From a virus (lineage: Duplodnaviria > Heunggongvirae > Uroviricota > Caudoviricetes): a DNA stretch of 64,000 nt. Below, one piece after another: positions 1 to 8,986 of this stretch (position 1 is the stretch's first letter; each line of letters opens with the position of its first letter). The notes under the pieces were generated by a model. It had not been told where the DNA came from. It saw only the letters and a list, made by a program, of their open reading frames with translations, and did no database searches. The position numbers and the translations under genes are program-made. The stretch lies in IMG/VR virus record IMGVR_UViG_3300009149_000021. One strand, written 5' to 3'.

Positions 1-127
1 AAATTAAATTCTAACTTTATTTCAGGAGGAGGTCTTGACCATATCTACCCATGTTCTGTTTTATAGATCTAGTAAAATGGTTTCATTTTTTACCCCTTTT
101 ATTTTTTGCATCTTTTGATGCTCCGTT

Positions 128-673
128 TTATTCTGTTCTCTTCTTTTTTCTTTTCAATTCTTTCAATCTATCTTCATAATAATCAATCTCAGCTTTATAC
201 CAATTATCCTTTCCTTTATTTTTTTCTTTATAATATTCTATCAATTTGATAATAGTTTTCTCATCAAAAGGAATCATATAATAGCCTTCATCTTTATTCA
301 AAACAAGTTTATACCAATTTGGAATGATTGGATGAGATGAATTAGAATAACATTCACATTCAAGAAGCATGCCCGTTTCTATAAATTTTGGAATATAAAT
401 ATCAATAAATTTTTTCAAAAGTGTGAATGCGTTTTTGCGTGTTTCTTCTTCATATCCGTTGTTCTCTATTACTCTTAAAGCCCAATTTAATTGATGATCA
501 ACATTAAAGAAACTTCCTTCTGGGTGGATATCAGTTTTCAACCATTTAATCACACAATCATATAATTCATTTATAATATTTTTAATCACTTCTATTGTAC
601 TTTCATTATATTCACAGTTGTCATTATATTCAAAATTTTTTAATTCCTTCATTGCCTTCTTTAATTTATTCAT
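128..673 (-). CDS. hypothetical protein, member of a 2-gene tandem paralog pair
   Basis: ORF 181 aa; shares FIETG...Y..K motifs and overall layout with the adjacent 670..1221 product. Confidence 0.5.
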   Translation of the reverse strand: MNKLKKAMKELKNFEYNDNCEYNESTIEVIKNIINELYDCVIKWLKTDIHPEGSFFNVDHQLNWALRVIENNGYEEETRKNAFTLLKKFIDIYIPKFIETGMLLECECYSNSSHPIIPNWYKLVLNKDEGYYMIPFDEKTIIKLIEYYKEKNKGKDNWYKAEIDYYEDRLKELKRKKKRTE

Positions 674-1221
674 TTAAATTCCTTCAATTTTCTCTTATAA
701 AATTTCAAAAATTCATTGTATGTTTCTAGTTTTTCTTCATCTTTTTTTCCACTCAATTCTTTTTCAAGCTTGTTTTCATATGCATCAATAATTTTTATCA
801 CATCTTCTTTAGGATAGCATATCTCATAATTTTTTGTTTTCTTATTTAACCTATATATTCTAAACCGTGTTAAATTTAAAGGATTTTTTCCATCATAATA
901 ATCTTCATATGATAAAAAATCTCCAGTTTCTATGAATCTGTGTAGGTGGCCTATATTATTATCGATAACTCTTTCAATATCATTCAAGTTTCCTAAATCA
1001 TAACAAAAATAATAAGAAAGAGTATTTAACATATGACCTATAAAAGGATACCTATATCCATTGTGGTGACAAAAGTTTGATATTTGTTTTATTGCTTCAC
1101 CAAAAAAAGCTTCAATTAATTTACCATATCCTTTTTTATATCTTCCGCTCTCACGATAAATATGTGTTTTCACCCTATCATGCAATTCACTCAATTTATC
1201 TAAATTAACTTTATCTCTCAT
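670..1221 (-). CDS. hypothetical protein, paralog of 128..673
   Basis: ORF 183 aa; similar length and composition; overlaps neighbour by 4 nt (operon-like). Confidence 0.5.
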   Translation of the reverse strand: MRDKVNLDKLSELHDRVKTHIYRESGRYKKGYGKLIEAFFGEAIKQISNFCHHNGYRYPFIGHMLNTLSYYFCYDLGNLNDIERVIDNNIGHLHRFIETGDFLSYEDYYDGKNPLNLTRFRIYRLNKKTKNYEICYPKEDVIKIIDAYENKLEKELSGKKDEEKLETYNEFLKFYKRKLKEFK

Positions 1222-1845
1222 ATATTTAACTCCCGAAAAAAAGATGGGAAAGGAAAAGAAAGATAGTGTGCTGCTACGCCAAAGGGGACCTCGCCCTTAC
1301 CAATTACGGGGTGGCTCAGTACTTTGTTCCTCGGTCTAACTCGTTCCCCTCATTGAAATAGGATTATGGTCGTTATTGTATCATTTTATGTTAATTTGTA
1401 ATATACAATTCGACTAGCCTTTTTATCCATTGATCAGATGGATTTATTTCAGTTTCCGTTTCTCTCCACATTAAGTATCGGAAACAACTTAATGCTTCAT
1501 CGTTCGGGATACGCATGGGCCCCACTCTTTAAAGGATGGCTGCTTCTAAGCCAACCTCCTATCTCTCTTTTCCTTAATTTCAGTTAAAAGAAAGGGTGGG
1601 TGTTATTTCCCTTTCTTAATAGCGCGTACTAACGAAGTTTTTGGTCATAAACAAAGGAGAGATTTTCTCCTTCCCCATCCATCTAACACCCTTCGATAGA
1701 TTTCTTAGGGAAATCCCAATTCTTGGAATATACCAATTCTTGGTTTCATTTCCCTATTAATTGTTGGCCGAGCTGATGTGGGAAACCACATACCCTATAG
1801 GGGACTGGGGACATCCTATACTGTCATTCCACAGCTCGAAATATT

Positions 1846-1922
1846 TGGTAGGCCACCCCCGACTTGAACGGGGTACCCCATCCTTAAAAGGGATGTGCTC
1901 TAGCCAGATGAGCTAGTGGCCC
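1846..1922 (-). tRNA. tRNA-Lys (anticodon UUU), CCA encoded
   Basis: Minus strand GGGCCAC-TA-GCTC..GAGC-CATCC-CTTTTAA-GGATG..CCCCG-TTCAAGT-CGGGG-GTGGCCT-A-CCA; cloverleaf folds by hand. Confidence 0.75.
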
Positions 1923-2164
1923 AATTTAATTCAAAGGGGATGGGAATACTGCAAACCCATCCCCAGAAGGAGAACACATGCCCAATGAGATCACAAAAAA
2001 CATCTGACATGTGAGTTAAAAAACTAGATCGGACAAATCTAGTTTTCGTTTAATAGAATAGAGGCGGTGCAGCCTCTAAAAACCCAATACACATTCTCAG
2101 AAACATTGAAAAAAAGAACATAAATTCGAATAATTCCTTTAGCACCATCAGAAATTACTCTAAG

Positions 2165-2255
2165 ATAAACACATTGGAGACTCGAACTCCATGGCAGCCG
2201 TCCTGCTGTGTCATCCTCAAATAAAAGGATGGGATGCAAAAATAAAATCCCATCC
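2165..2255 (-). ncRNA. tRNA-like/structured RNA element (T-arm TGGAG-TTCGAGT-CTCCA plus 9-bp hairpin)
   Basis: Minus strand has a canonical T-arm preceded by GCAG-GACGG-CTGC and GGATGGGAT...ATCCCATCC hairpins; no matching acceptor stem found. Confidence 0.25.
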
Positions 2256-3426
2256 AGTCCCAAGAGTATAAATTAACGCCACCACGACCGTCGTGGTGCT
2301 AACGAAATTTGAGAAGGGGGAGAGGCCCGTAACGTTAAGGTGTAGTCTTCTTAACAGGAAGTAACCCTAACATGCCACTGCTCCCCCTAAAAGTGAAGCC
2401 TGAATAATGGGAAGTACGCCACCACTTCCTATGAAACTTTTAACTGCATGAGATGAGAGCATTTCATCCTGCAAACGCCGTCTCATAGCGAAATAATTGT
2501 CAGGTCAAAAATTAGGTGTACATTGGTTTTAATTGTTCATACACCATCAATAATCGCATACAGCTAATCCAAGTGTTCGTCTGCATCCAAAAGATCCACA
2601 AACTTTCGTTTGACACAACCAGCATAATAATTTGCTCTTTTTATTATACGGTGTAATCAGGACAATTAGCACTTGGAAATTACCATAAATGACCTCTACC
2701 CCTGCCATTTCTGGGGAGTATTCATTATTCAGACTAATTATTAATTGGACAGCTTTTGTAACGAAGATTAATCAACTTGCTTGACCGCTGTCCATAATTG
2801 TTGGTGGAGGCGAGGGGACATTGTTGTTAGCTGCATTTTTTTGATAAACATTATATGCAGATCGGACTGTCGCATCATCCCTAATGAGGGAGTCCTCTCG
2901 CTCAGTCTCTCACGGTGAGATAAATGAATCTCTTCCGCCCTGTCGCCTGTGCCCAGGCTTCCAAGTCAATCAGAGAGGATTTAGTGCTCGCATATTACTA
3001 TGCGGCTCAACCCAATACATCGATTGAACCCCTGTCCAGAGCATCTTACTCATAGCCGGATACCACAATCTTCTTCACAGATTTAATCTTAAAACTCTAA
3101 ACTCCCTGTGACCGGATTTTTGAGTCAGCATCAGATTAATTTTCGTCCAGAAATTATCTAAATCATTTCCAGCTTATCTGTGTAGTGTTACGCCCAATCC
3201 AAATCCCACAGTTAATTTGGTTGAACGAGCGGCTTACGCCGCCATTTCTAATTCAGAATAGTCTGCGATTAGTTTTAAAGGTGAGAATTTTTAACGGTGA
3301 TTCCTCAACACCGGATTGCATCCAATTACTTTCTAACCCCTGTCGAAACCATTACGCCCCCACATTTTAACGAAAAATATTCATCTACATTAAATTTATA
3401 TATGTAGTTTTACTCAATTAAAAAAT

Positions 3427-3822
3427 CTACCAGAGATGATCATAAATCATAGTAATCCTAACTTTATCATTATCATACCTGGAAATAAGATTAATCAATT
3501 TATACAATTTCATATTTAAAAATCTTTTACCATTGAATTGAAGTCCATATGCACTGCTGATATGACCATCAAACATTCTTATTATTTGTTGATCAATATT
3601 ATATGCTGGTATATGGTGTCGCCATTTTTCTGTCAAAATTTGTTTAAGAGATTTACTATGATCACATCTCATAAAATCATCCAGTTTCAAAATATTTTCT
3701 GAGACCGCTCCCAACGAAGGTCTCACAGAATAATTACAAAACTGAATTAAAATCTTAATGAATTTTTCTTTTGCTTTATTATTATTTTCAAATTTTATAT
3801 TTATTATTTCCATGCCTGTCAC
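3427..3822 (-). CDS. hypothetical small protein, multigene family (M-E/K-I-x-N-I-E/K-F N-terminus)
   Basis: ORF 131 aa; N-terminal MEIINIKFE and HHIPxYN motifs shared with the next three ORFs. Confidence 0.5.
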   Translation of the reverse strand: MTGMEIINIKFENNNKAKEKFIKILIQFCNYSVRPSLGAVSENILKLDDFMRCDHSKSLKQILTEKWRHHIPAYNIDQQIIRMFDGHISSAYGLQFNGKRFLNMKLYKLINLISRYDNDKVRITMIYDHLW

Positions 3823-4202
3823 CTATTTCTTTTATGTTCATAAATATAATCGACCAATGCGCCCATATAACAAAGAGGTGGTGTCAAATATTGGGATCTT
3901 ATATTATCTGGAATTTCATAGTCATTTTCCAGATCACCAATAAAATCTCCTATATCATTTTCATCATAACATTCATAACCATCATCATCTAAAAAATATC
4001 CAGGAATATAATGATTAATGATATCACCGCGTGCATCTATAAAATCAGTCATCTCATCAATATAATCAAAATTATAATTCATATAACTTAAAAAATCTCT
4101 TAATATTTCATATTTTTCTAGTTGATTTCCCGGTCTTTTAGTTGCTGGTTTATCTCTAAATTCAATATTAATAATTTCTACCATTATATACTCCAATTTC
4201 AA
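3819..4202 (-). CDS. hypothetical small protein, same family
   Basis: ORF 127 aa; VEIINIEF..HYIPGY. Confidence 0.5.
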   Translation of the reverse strand: MKLEYIMVEIINIEFRDKPATKRPGNQLEKYEILRDFLSYMNYNFDYIDEMTDFIDARGDIINHYIPGYFLDDDGYECYDENDIGDFIGDLENDYEIPDNIRSQYLTPPLCYMGALVDYIYEHKRNR

Positions 4203-4557
4203 CTGTTGAATATGTATTTATATATTCAACCAATGTTTCTAGATTACATAAATATTCAGTACTATAATCGTTTCTCACAGATCTTGGTATATGGTATGCA
4301 TTTTCTAAAAAATCAATGACTGTACTACAGGCATGTGTTGATACATTAACACCGCCCAACCAATCTGATACCATTTGTGGTATATGATGATCTATCACAC
4401 CATCGTTATCAACAACTTCAGAATATTCTATATCAATAATAATCGAAAAATGAGTTTTAATTATAGAAATTATATCATGTAAAATAAAATGTCTTCTATG
4501 AGAAAGTTTTACTGATTGTAAGTTAGATTCTTTGAATTCAATATTAATAGTCTCCAT
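4168..4557 (-). CDS. hypothetical small protein, same family
   Basis: ORF 129 aa; METINIEF..HHIPQM. Confidence 0.5.
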   Translation of the reverse strand: METINIEFKESNLQSVKLSHRRHFILHDIISIIKTHFSIIIDIEYSEVVDNDGVIDHHIPQMVSDWLGGVNVSTHACSTVIDFLENAYHIPRSVRNDYSTEYLCNLETLVEYINTYSTVEIGVYNGRNY

Positions 4558-4565
4558 ATATTCTC

Positions 4566-4946
4566 CTAAACATCACGATCACGATGTTCATACGCATCGT
4601 AACATTCATCCTCGGTATATTCATTTTCAATAATAAATTTTGCAAATGTTTTAAAATCATATATTTCATTAAAATCACAATCGTCTATACGTGGAGTTGA
4701 AACTTCATACCATTCCATACAATCAATTATTGAAAGATCTATTATTGTAGATGTTATGCTACAATCACGCAAATACATACATTCTTTGATATTGAAATTT
4801 TTAACTCTATTTGCAGATATTAATTTTTTTATTGAAAACTCAATACCTCTTTTTTTAAATCTACTTTGTAACATCTCCAAAATTTCCATTTCTTTTTGTT
4901 CATGTTCAGTACCCTTATCAAAAAATTTAATTTCCATTATATCCAT
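4566..4946 (-). CDS. hypothetical small protein, same family (more divergent)
   Basis: ORF 126 aa; MEIKFFD start. Confidence 0.45.
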   Translation of the reverse strand: MDIMEIKFFDKGTEHEQKEMEILEMLQSRFKKRGIEFSIKKLISANRVKNFNIKECMYLRDCSITSTIIDLSIIDCMEWYEVSTPRIDDCDFNEIYDFKTFAKFIIENEYTEDECYDAYEHRDRDV

Positions 4947-4957
4947 TATGTTAAATC

Positions 4958-5419
4958 CTATTTAGTAAAAATGAAAAATTTTGAAAAAATATTATAGACA
5001 TATTTTTTAAAATCCGTGTATGCGCCACACATTTCCCCATCTTTATATTTTATCAAAAATTTATTAATTTCTTTTATATATTTTTTAGAAAATGGAATAG
5101 ACGCACAACCTAAAAAATCCTCATCACTGTGATTACTCATTTCGTTAAGCAATTGTCTTAAAAACTTATATAATGTTACATCATCATATATACATTCTTC
5201 ATTCAATACTATGCCATATTTCATGATTAATTTTTCAAATTTCACTGAATCATCGGGATCATAAAAATCATCAAAATAAATGCATTCATTTTCATATTCA
5301 TCTATAATATCATCTATATTAGTGAGTGCATATAAGGTTGATAAAAATGATGATATAAACAAACTATATGGAACTGTTGGCTTTTTATTTTGTATTTTTA
5401 TGAGAATAATATCTTTCAT
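4958..5419 (-). CDS. hypothetical protein
   Basis: ORF 153 aa, minus-strand operon context. Confidence 0.4.
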   Translation of the reverse strand: MKDIILIKIQNKKPTVPYSLFISSFLSTLYALTNIDDIIDEYENECIYFDDFYDPDDSVKFEKLIMKYGIVLNEECIYDDVTLYKFLRQLLNEMSNHSDEDFLGCASIPFSKKYIKEINKFLIKYKDGEMCGAYTDFKKYVYNIFSKFFIFTK

Positions 5420-5764
5420 AAAAAACTCCGTCTATAAAATATTTTTATCTATAAAAAAATTATTATTTTCTAAATCAGAAAAAGGGAGAAAATCTAAATT
5501 AAATAGACTTTCTCCCTCTCAAACATAAACCAGTTTATCTGTTGCTGGTGAAAACTGGACAACACCCAATAAGATAAATGAAAAGAGACTCATTCGTCAG
5601 AGTGATTCAGATAATTATGGGATCTGTAAAACCACCGCTTTAATTTCGAGCCAAAACTGGTAAAAGCCGAATTGTGTGTTTCCTAACACATTATTCATTA
5701 TAGAAGTAACTCTGATCGACCACTACTTTTCAAAAATCCACGTTTCTGTTACTAGTTGCAATTA

Positions 5765-6202
5765 TTAATTACTTGTCATTCTATTTTCTTTAATGGAAAG
5801 AAATCTATGTGCTTCGTAGTATTTGTTTATATCAACTTCGTTCGGTTCATAATTCCCTTCAAGGTAAAGTTTAACTTTCTCTTCGATTTCTTGCTTCAAA
5901 CCATCTTTCCCATCAATTTTATCAAGCATAAATAAATATGCATCTTCGTCAATAAAGATAAGAATAGTATCCTCTGCAATATTTTCAGCTTTCTCATACG
6001 CTAAAACAAAGAAATAAAGAATATCATGTCTTGAAAGATCATAATAATGTTCTTCAAGAAAACCTTCATCCGAACTAACAATTTCAACTGCTTGTTGCTT
6101 TCTCATTTTTAATACATCATCGCCGATTGCAATTCCATGGAATTCATCTGCGAACAAACAAATAAATGAGATAAGCATGATAACTGTGAACAACCTTTTC
6201 AT
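5765..6202 (-). CDS. secreted/exported hypothetical protein
   Basis: ORF 145 aa with N-terminal hydrophobic signal-like segment MKRLFTVIMLISFICLFA. Confidence 0.45.
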   Translation of the reverse strand: MKRLFTVIMLISFICLFADEFHGIAIGDDVLKMRKQQAVEIVSSDEGFLEEHYYDLSRHDILYFFVLAYEKAENIAEDTILIFIDEDAYLFMLDKIDGKDGLKQEIEEKVKLYLEGNYEPNEVDINKYYEAHRFLSIKENRMTSN

Positions 6203-6232
6203 TTTTTTCCTCTTTTGTTAAATAGTGTTATA

Positions 6233-6865
6233 CTACGCTTTCCATTCAATCCACCACATTGTTTCCCCTGTCATGTTTAAACACTTCCACTGGCACCCTT
6301 CATCGAATCCTTTTTTATACATGTGCCAATGACTAAAAAACCATTGCTTTGGTTTATACTGTTGCAATAGATAACTTAATGCTTTCCTCGAAAAATCATA
6401 TCCATAATCATTTTTAATTTCAAACTCTGTAGGACATGTGTGTGAAATCATTACATCTATCTTTAATTTTGTATCTAATTCTTCAATTTCCCCATTACTA
6501 ATAACTTCTTCTGGAAACCAATCGACTCCCATTTTTCTCATATATCTATCAATCGAATGTGCTCCTCCAAAAAACATAAATGTTTTTCCTAGGATTTCCA
6601 TTGTCGAGCCGCGCTTCATATAAAAGACATTGGGATGTATTTCATTGTTATCTAATTTTCCCAGAGACCAGTGATCTTCGTGATTCCCATCACAGAAAAA
6701 GATTTTAGTATCTTTATTTTTCAATCTTCCAATATCATACTGTTTCAATAATGGATAATATCCAAAGTCACCAGTCGATATTAATATGTCTGGTTTTCTT
6801 TTATTTATAAAAATATTTAGATATTCCCACCATGCATGCACATCACCTATTATCAGAATTTTCAT
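6233..6865 (-). CDS. calcineurin-like metallophosphoesterase
   Basis: GDVH ... GDF ... GNHE motifs in order. Confidence 0.7.
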   Translation of the reverse strand: MKILIIGDVHAWWEYLNIFINKRKPDILISTGDFGYYPLLKQYDIGRLKNKDTKIFFCDGNHEDHWSLGKLDNNEIHPNVFYMKRGSTMEILGKTFMFFGGAHSIDRYMRKMGVDWFPEEVISNGEIEELDTKLKIDVMISHTCPTEFEIKNDYGYDFSRKALSYLLQQYKPKQWFFSHWHMYKKGFDEGCQWKCLNMTGETMWWIEWKA

Positions 6866-6990
6866 CTTTCTTTATCTCATTACCATTTTCATCAAACCAA
6901 ATAACTTTCCATCTAGTCCACCAATTGCCATCATCGTTATACCCACAATCCTCCAACCACAACTGAAAATCGAATTCTGGCCATCCACCT

Positions 6991-7770
6991 CTAGAAGTCA
7001 AACACCTGCCCCTTCTTCACAAATCCAAGAAATCCATCTACTTCTGGAGTGAAATTATCTGGAGCTTGATCATCATAATGAACCAACCACATTTTTGATT
7101 TGGTTTCTTCTGGCAATTCTCTTCTCAAGTCATCATAATGTGCATGGACTCTAGACTTAATAAATTTTCCATCTTTACTCACCAACGTTTCACAATCATG
7201 AATTATTATATCAGACATATTATAAAAATCGTGTATCTGTTGTGGTTGATGTTGGGTATCTGCTGTCATGAAAATTGTTTTCCCATTTACAGATACTAGA
7301 CATCCAAAACATGGTACATAAGCATAGCCATCCATAACGTGACACATCTGAACTGGTCTAAATGTCGCCCCTTCCCATTCAAATGTTTCATTAATTTCAA
7401 TTGGTTTGACATCAAAATAATCTCTTAAACTTAGAATCTTCCCTTGGACGGATTTCATTCCCTGTCTAAATGTTGCCCATATATTATCTTCCATATGTGA
7501 CATACAATATAGATTTGGTCTTTCCTGAGTTGGATCGAAATATTTGGCAAATCCCATCCATTCGAGACCAAGCATGTGATCCCCATGATAGTGACTGATA
7601 TAAATATCATCAACATCTTTCGCACTCATGCCTTGCTCATTTAATGCGTAAGCAAAAGATAACCCACAATCGAATAACAATTTTCTCCCAGAATCACTTA
7701 TGAAGAGAAAGTTTGTTTGCCAATTTTTCATTGAAAAGTATGTTCCAACTCCTATTGCCATCAGTTTCAT
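6991..7770 (-). CDS. metallo-beta-lactamase-fold hydrolase (RNase Z/PhnP-like)
   Basis: ISHYHGDHMLGL = HxHxDH MBL motif; sits next to the tRNA cluster. Confidence 0.6.
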   Translation of the reverse strand: MKLMAIGVGTYFSMKNWQTNFLFISDSGRKLLFDCGLSFAYALNEQGMSAKDVDDIYISHYHGDHMLGLEWMGFAKYFDPTQERPNLYCMSHMEDNIWATFRQGMKSVQGKILSLRDYFDVKPIEINETFEWEGATFRPVQMCHVMDGYAYVPCFGCLVSVNGKTIFMTADTQHQPQQIHDFYNMSDIIIHDCETLVSKDGKFIKSRVHAHYDDLRRELPEETKSKMWLVHYDDQAPDNFTPEVDGFLGFVKKGQVFDF

Positions 7771-7802
7771 TTTTTTATTTTCCTCTTATTTGTTTTGATG
7801 AG

Positions 7803-7873
7803 GCCAGATGGATTTTAACCATCGTCTCCGGCATCCTCGCGCGGTATCCTAAACACTAGACGATAGCCTCATA
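7803..7873 (-). ncRNA. non-canonical tRNA-like element X1
   Basis: 7-bp acceptor-like pairing GAGGCTA/TGGCCTC and T-like arm GATGG-TTAAAAT-CCATC; D/anticodon arms do not fold canonically; no CCA. Confidence 0.25.
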
Positions 7874-7877
7874 ATAA

Positions 7878-7952
7878 TGGTAGTCCCAAGCGGAATCGAA
7901 CCGCTATTTCCAGGTTGAAAACCTGACGACCTAAACCGTTAGTCGATGGGAC
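7878..7952 (-). tRNA. tRNA-Glu (anticodon UUC), CCA encoded
   Basis: GGTCCCA..TCAGG-TTTTCAA-CCTGG..AGCGG-TTCGATT-CCGCT-TGGGACT-A-CCA. Confidence 0.75.
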
Positions 7953-7957
7953 CAAAA

Positions 7958-8036
7958 TTAGTATGGTGCCTCCGGGCGTTTCTTACACACCATTCAACCC
8001 GGTTTTTGGGCTGTCCTAGATTTAGACGACAGAGGC
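7958..8036 (-). ncRNA. non-canonical tRNA-like element X2 (acceptor stem + CCA, odd T-loop GTAAGAA)
   Basis: GCCTCTG/CGGAGGC acceptor pairing followed by A-CCA; internal arms atypical (AAAAACC loop). Confidence 0.25.
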
Positions 8037-8041
8037 ATAAT

Positions 8042-8203
8042 TTATTTAAATGTTACACATTTTATTTTTGCATTTTCATATGAACACTTTGGACAATTAA
8101 TTTTATTTCCAGGTTTTAAATGTTCATGGAGTCCTTCCATCTTCTTAACAAGTATTGATCTTTTACCACAACTTTCACAATAAACTCTGATTCTTGTATT
8201 CAT
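8042..8203 (-). CDS. small zinc-ribbon protein
   Basis: CxxC ... CxxC (CESCGK...CPKCS). Internal Met start (MNTRIRVY) chosen because it is preceded by AAAGGAG at 7-nt spacing; the ORF-track start at 8245 overlaps a terminator hairpin. Confidence 0.45.
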   Translation of the reverse strand: MNTRIRVYCESCGKRSILVKKMEGLHEHLKPGNKINCPKCSYENAKIKCVTFK

Positions 8204-8212
8204 TATAGACTC

Positions 8213-8246
8213 CTTTAAAAATATGAGGGGCTTTTGGCCCCTCAAA
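8213..8246 (-). terminator. hairpin GAGGGGC-TTTT-GCCCCTC followed by T-run (minus strand)
   Basis: 8-bp GC stem then ATATTTTTAAAGGAG on the minus strand, just downstream of tRNA-His. Confidence 0.4.
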
Positions 8247-8252
8247 TGATTC

Positions 8253-8328
8253 TGGGGTGACCGGAGGAACTCGAATCCTCGTGACCTGATTCACAGTCAG
8301 GTGCCTGATCCATCTCGGCTACGGCCAC
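8253..8328 (-). tRNA. tRNA-His (anticodon GUG); discriminator C, G-1 not encoded
   Basis: GTGGCCG-TA-GCC..GGC-CCTGA-CTGTGAA-TCAGG-GAGGA-TTCGAGT-TCCTC-CGGTCAC-C-CCA. Confidence 0.7.
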
Positions 8329-8410
8329 AATCTAGCAAGATTTTTTCTTGCTTTAATTAGTTTTTTAGATTAATCTTCCGAAAAATCTTAGCTTTAGAAA
8401 TATAAAAAAC

Positions 8411-8540
8411 AAAGAGACTTATATGAAAAAGTATTTTAATTGGGTGATGTTGGATTTGAACCAACCACTTTTTGTCTATTCAACAAATATTCTACCATCT
8501 GAATTAATCTCCGAAGTAACTCTTTCTACCACTGCTTTGT
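8411..8540 (-). ncRNA. tRNA-like repeat unit A (candidate Y-RNA-like/YrlA-type ncRNA)
   Basis: Minus strand carries the conserved AGCAGTGGTAGAAAGAGTTACTTC (D-arm-like) motif plus T-arm GTTGG-TTCAAAT-CCAAC, but no complementary acceptor stem; ends with CATATAAGTCTCTTT shared with the other units. Confidence 0.4.
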
Positions 8541-8549
8541 TTTAATAGT

Positions 8550-8626
8550 TGGTCGGGATAGCAGGAGTTGAACCTGCGACCTTTCGGACCCAAACCGAAC
8601 GCCCTACCAGACTGAGCTATACCCCG
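8550..8626 (-). tRNA. tRNA-Pro (anticodon UGG), CCA encoded
   Basis: CGGGGTA-TA-GCTC..GGGC-TTCGG-TTTGGGT-CCGAA..GCAGG-TTCAACT-CCTGC-TATCCCG-A-CCA. Confidence 0.8.
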
Positions 8627-8631
8627 ATAAT

Positions 8632-8832
8632 TTATTTAAAAATTTTTATTTTTGTCCATTTAATACTTTTAATGAAAATCAAATACGACCAAATGGCAGG
8701 CCAAAACAGAAATAATATAATAGAAAAAATTAGTGTATCTTGATAACCAGCATTATACGAAAAAATGTCAAAACTCAATACGCTAATAATACTTACTGCT
8801 AAATACAAAACAAACACATATACAGTTACCAT
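8632..8832 (-). CDS. small hydrophobic membrane protein (ORF-track N-terminus overlaps tRNA-Asn; internal Met start used)
   Basis: Hydrophobic stretch VYVFVLYLAVSIISVL and IILFLFWPAIWSYLIF; the first 37 aa of the 8632..8943 ORF translate a tRNA. Confidence 0.3.
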   Translation of the reverse strand: MVTVYVFVLYLAVSIISVLSFDIFSYNAGYQDTLIFSIILFLFWPAIWSYLIFIKSIKWTKIKIFK

Positions 8833-8861
8833 TGTATTTACCAACTCCTTCAAAAATAAAA

Positions 8862-8939
8862 TGGCTGCTGGGGAGGGACTTGAACCCACGACATCCTGAT
8901 TAACAGTCAGGCGCTCTAAACCAACTGAGCTACCCAGCA
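8862..8939 (-). tRNA. tRNA-Asn (anticodon GUU), CCA encoded
   Basis: TGCTGGG-TA-GCTC-AGTTGGTTTA-GAGC-CCTGA-CTGTTAA-TCAGG..GTGGG-TTCAAGT-CCCTC-CCCAGCA-G-CCA. Confidence 0.75.
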
Positions 8940-8986
8940 CCACAAATTATTAATAAATTTTATAACGATTTCTTCTTACTTTTGTT

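Larger units (their letters stand above)
1230..3420. other. ORF-free, higher-GC structured island (probable ncRNA or remnant region)
   Basis: No ORF >75 aa on the coding (minus) strand; visibly higher GC than flanks; many perfect hairpins (e.g. 2021-2047 10-bp stem, 2064-2081, 1775-1790); contains tRNA-Lys and a 23S-like 40-mer. Confidence 0.4.

Noticed and set aside
1527-1566. Calling a full rRNA gene from the 23S-like 40-mer
   Set aside because: Similarity is lost immediately outside the 40-nt core as far as I can align by eye, so I report it only as an rRNA-like fragment or motif inside a structured island, not as an rRNA gene.
2039-3370. ORFs 2039..2263 (-) and 3185..3370 (+) inside the ORF-free island
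   Set aside because: Short, no RBS, cut across hairpins and the T-arm-like element. The region is more consistent with structured RNA or remnant DNA than with coding.
8549-8743. Plus-strand ORF (64 aa, MVGIAGVEPATFR...) from the six-frame track
   Set aside because: It is the antisense translation of tRNA-Pro (the GVEP/GFEP peptides are the classic reverse-strand tRNA T-arm artefact). The same applies to 16531..16728 (+) over the UAG tRNA, 10880..11077 (+) over the tRNA-like repeats, and the N-termini of 8632..8943 and 11655..11903 (-).
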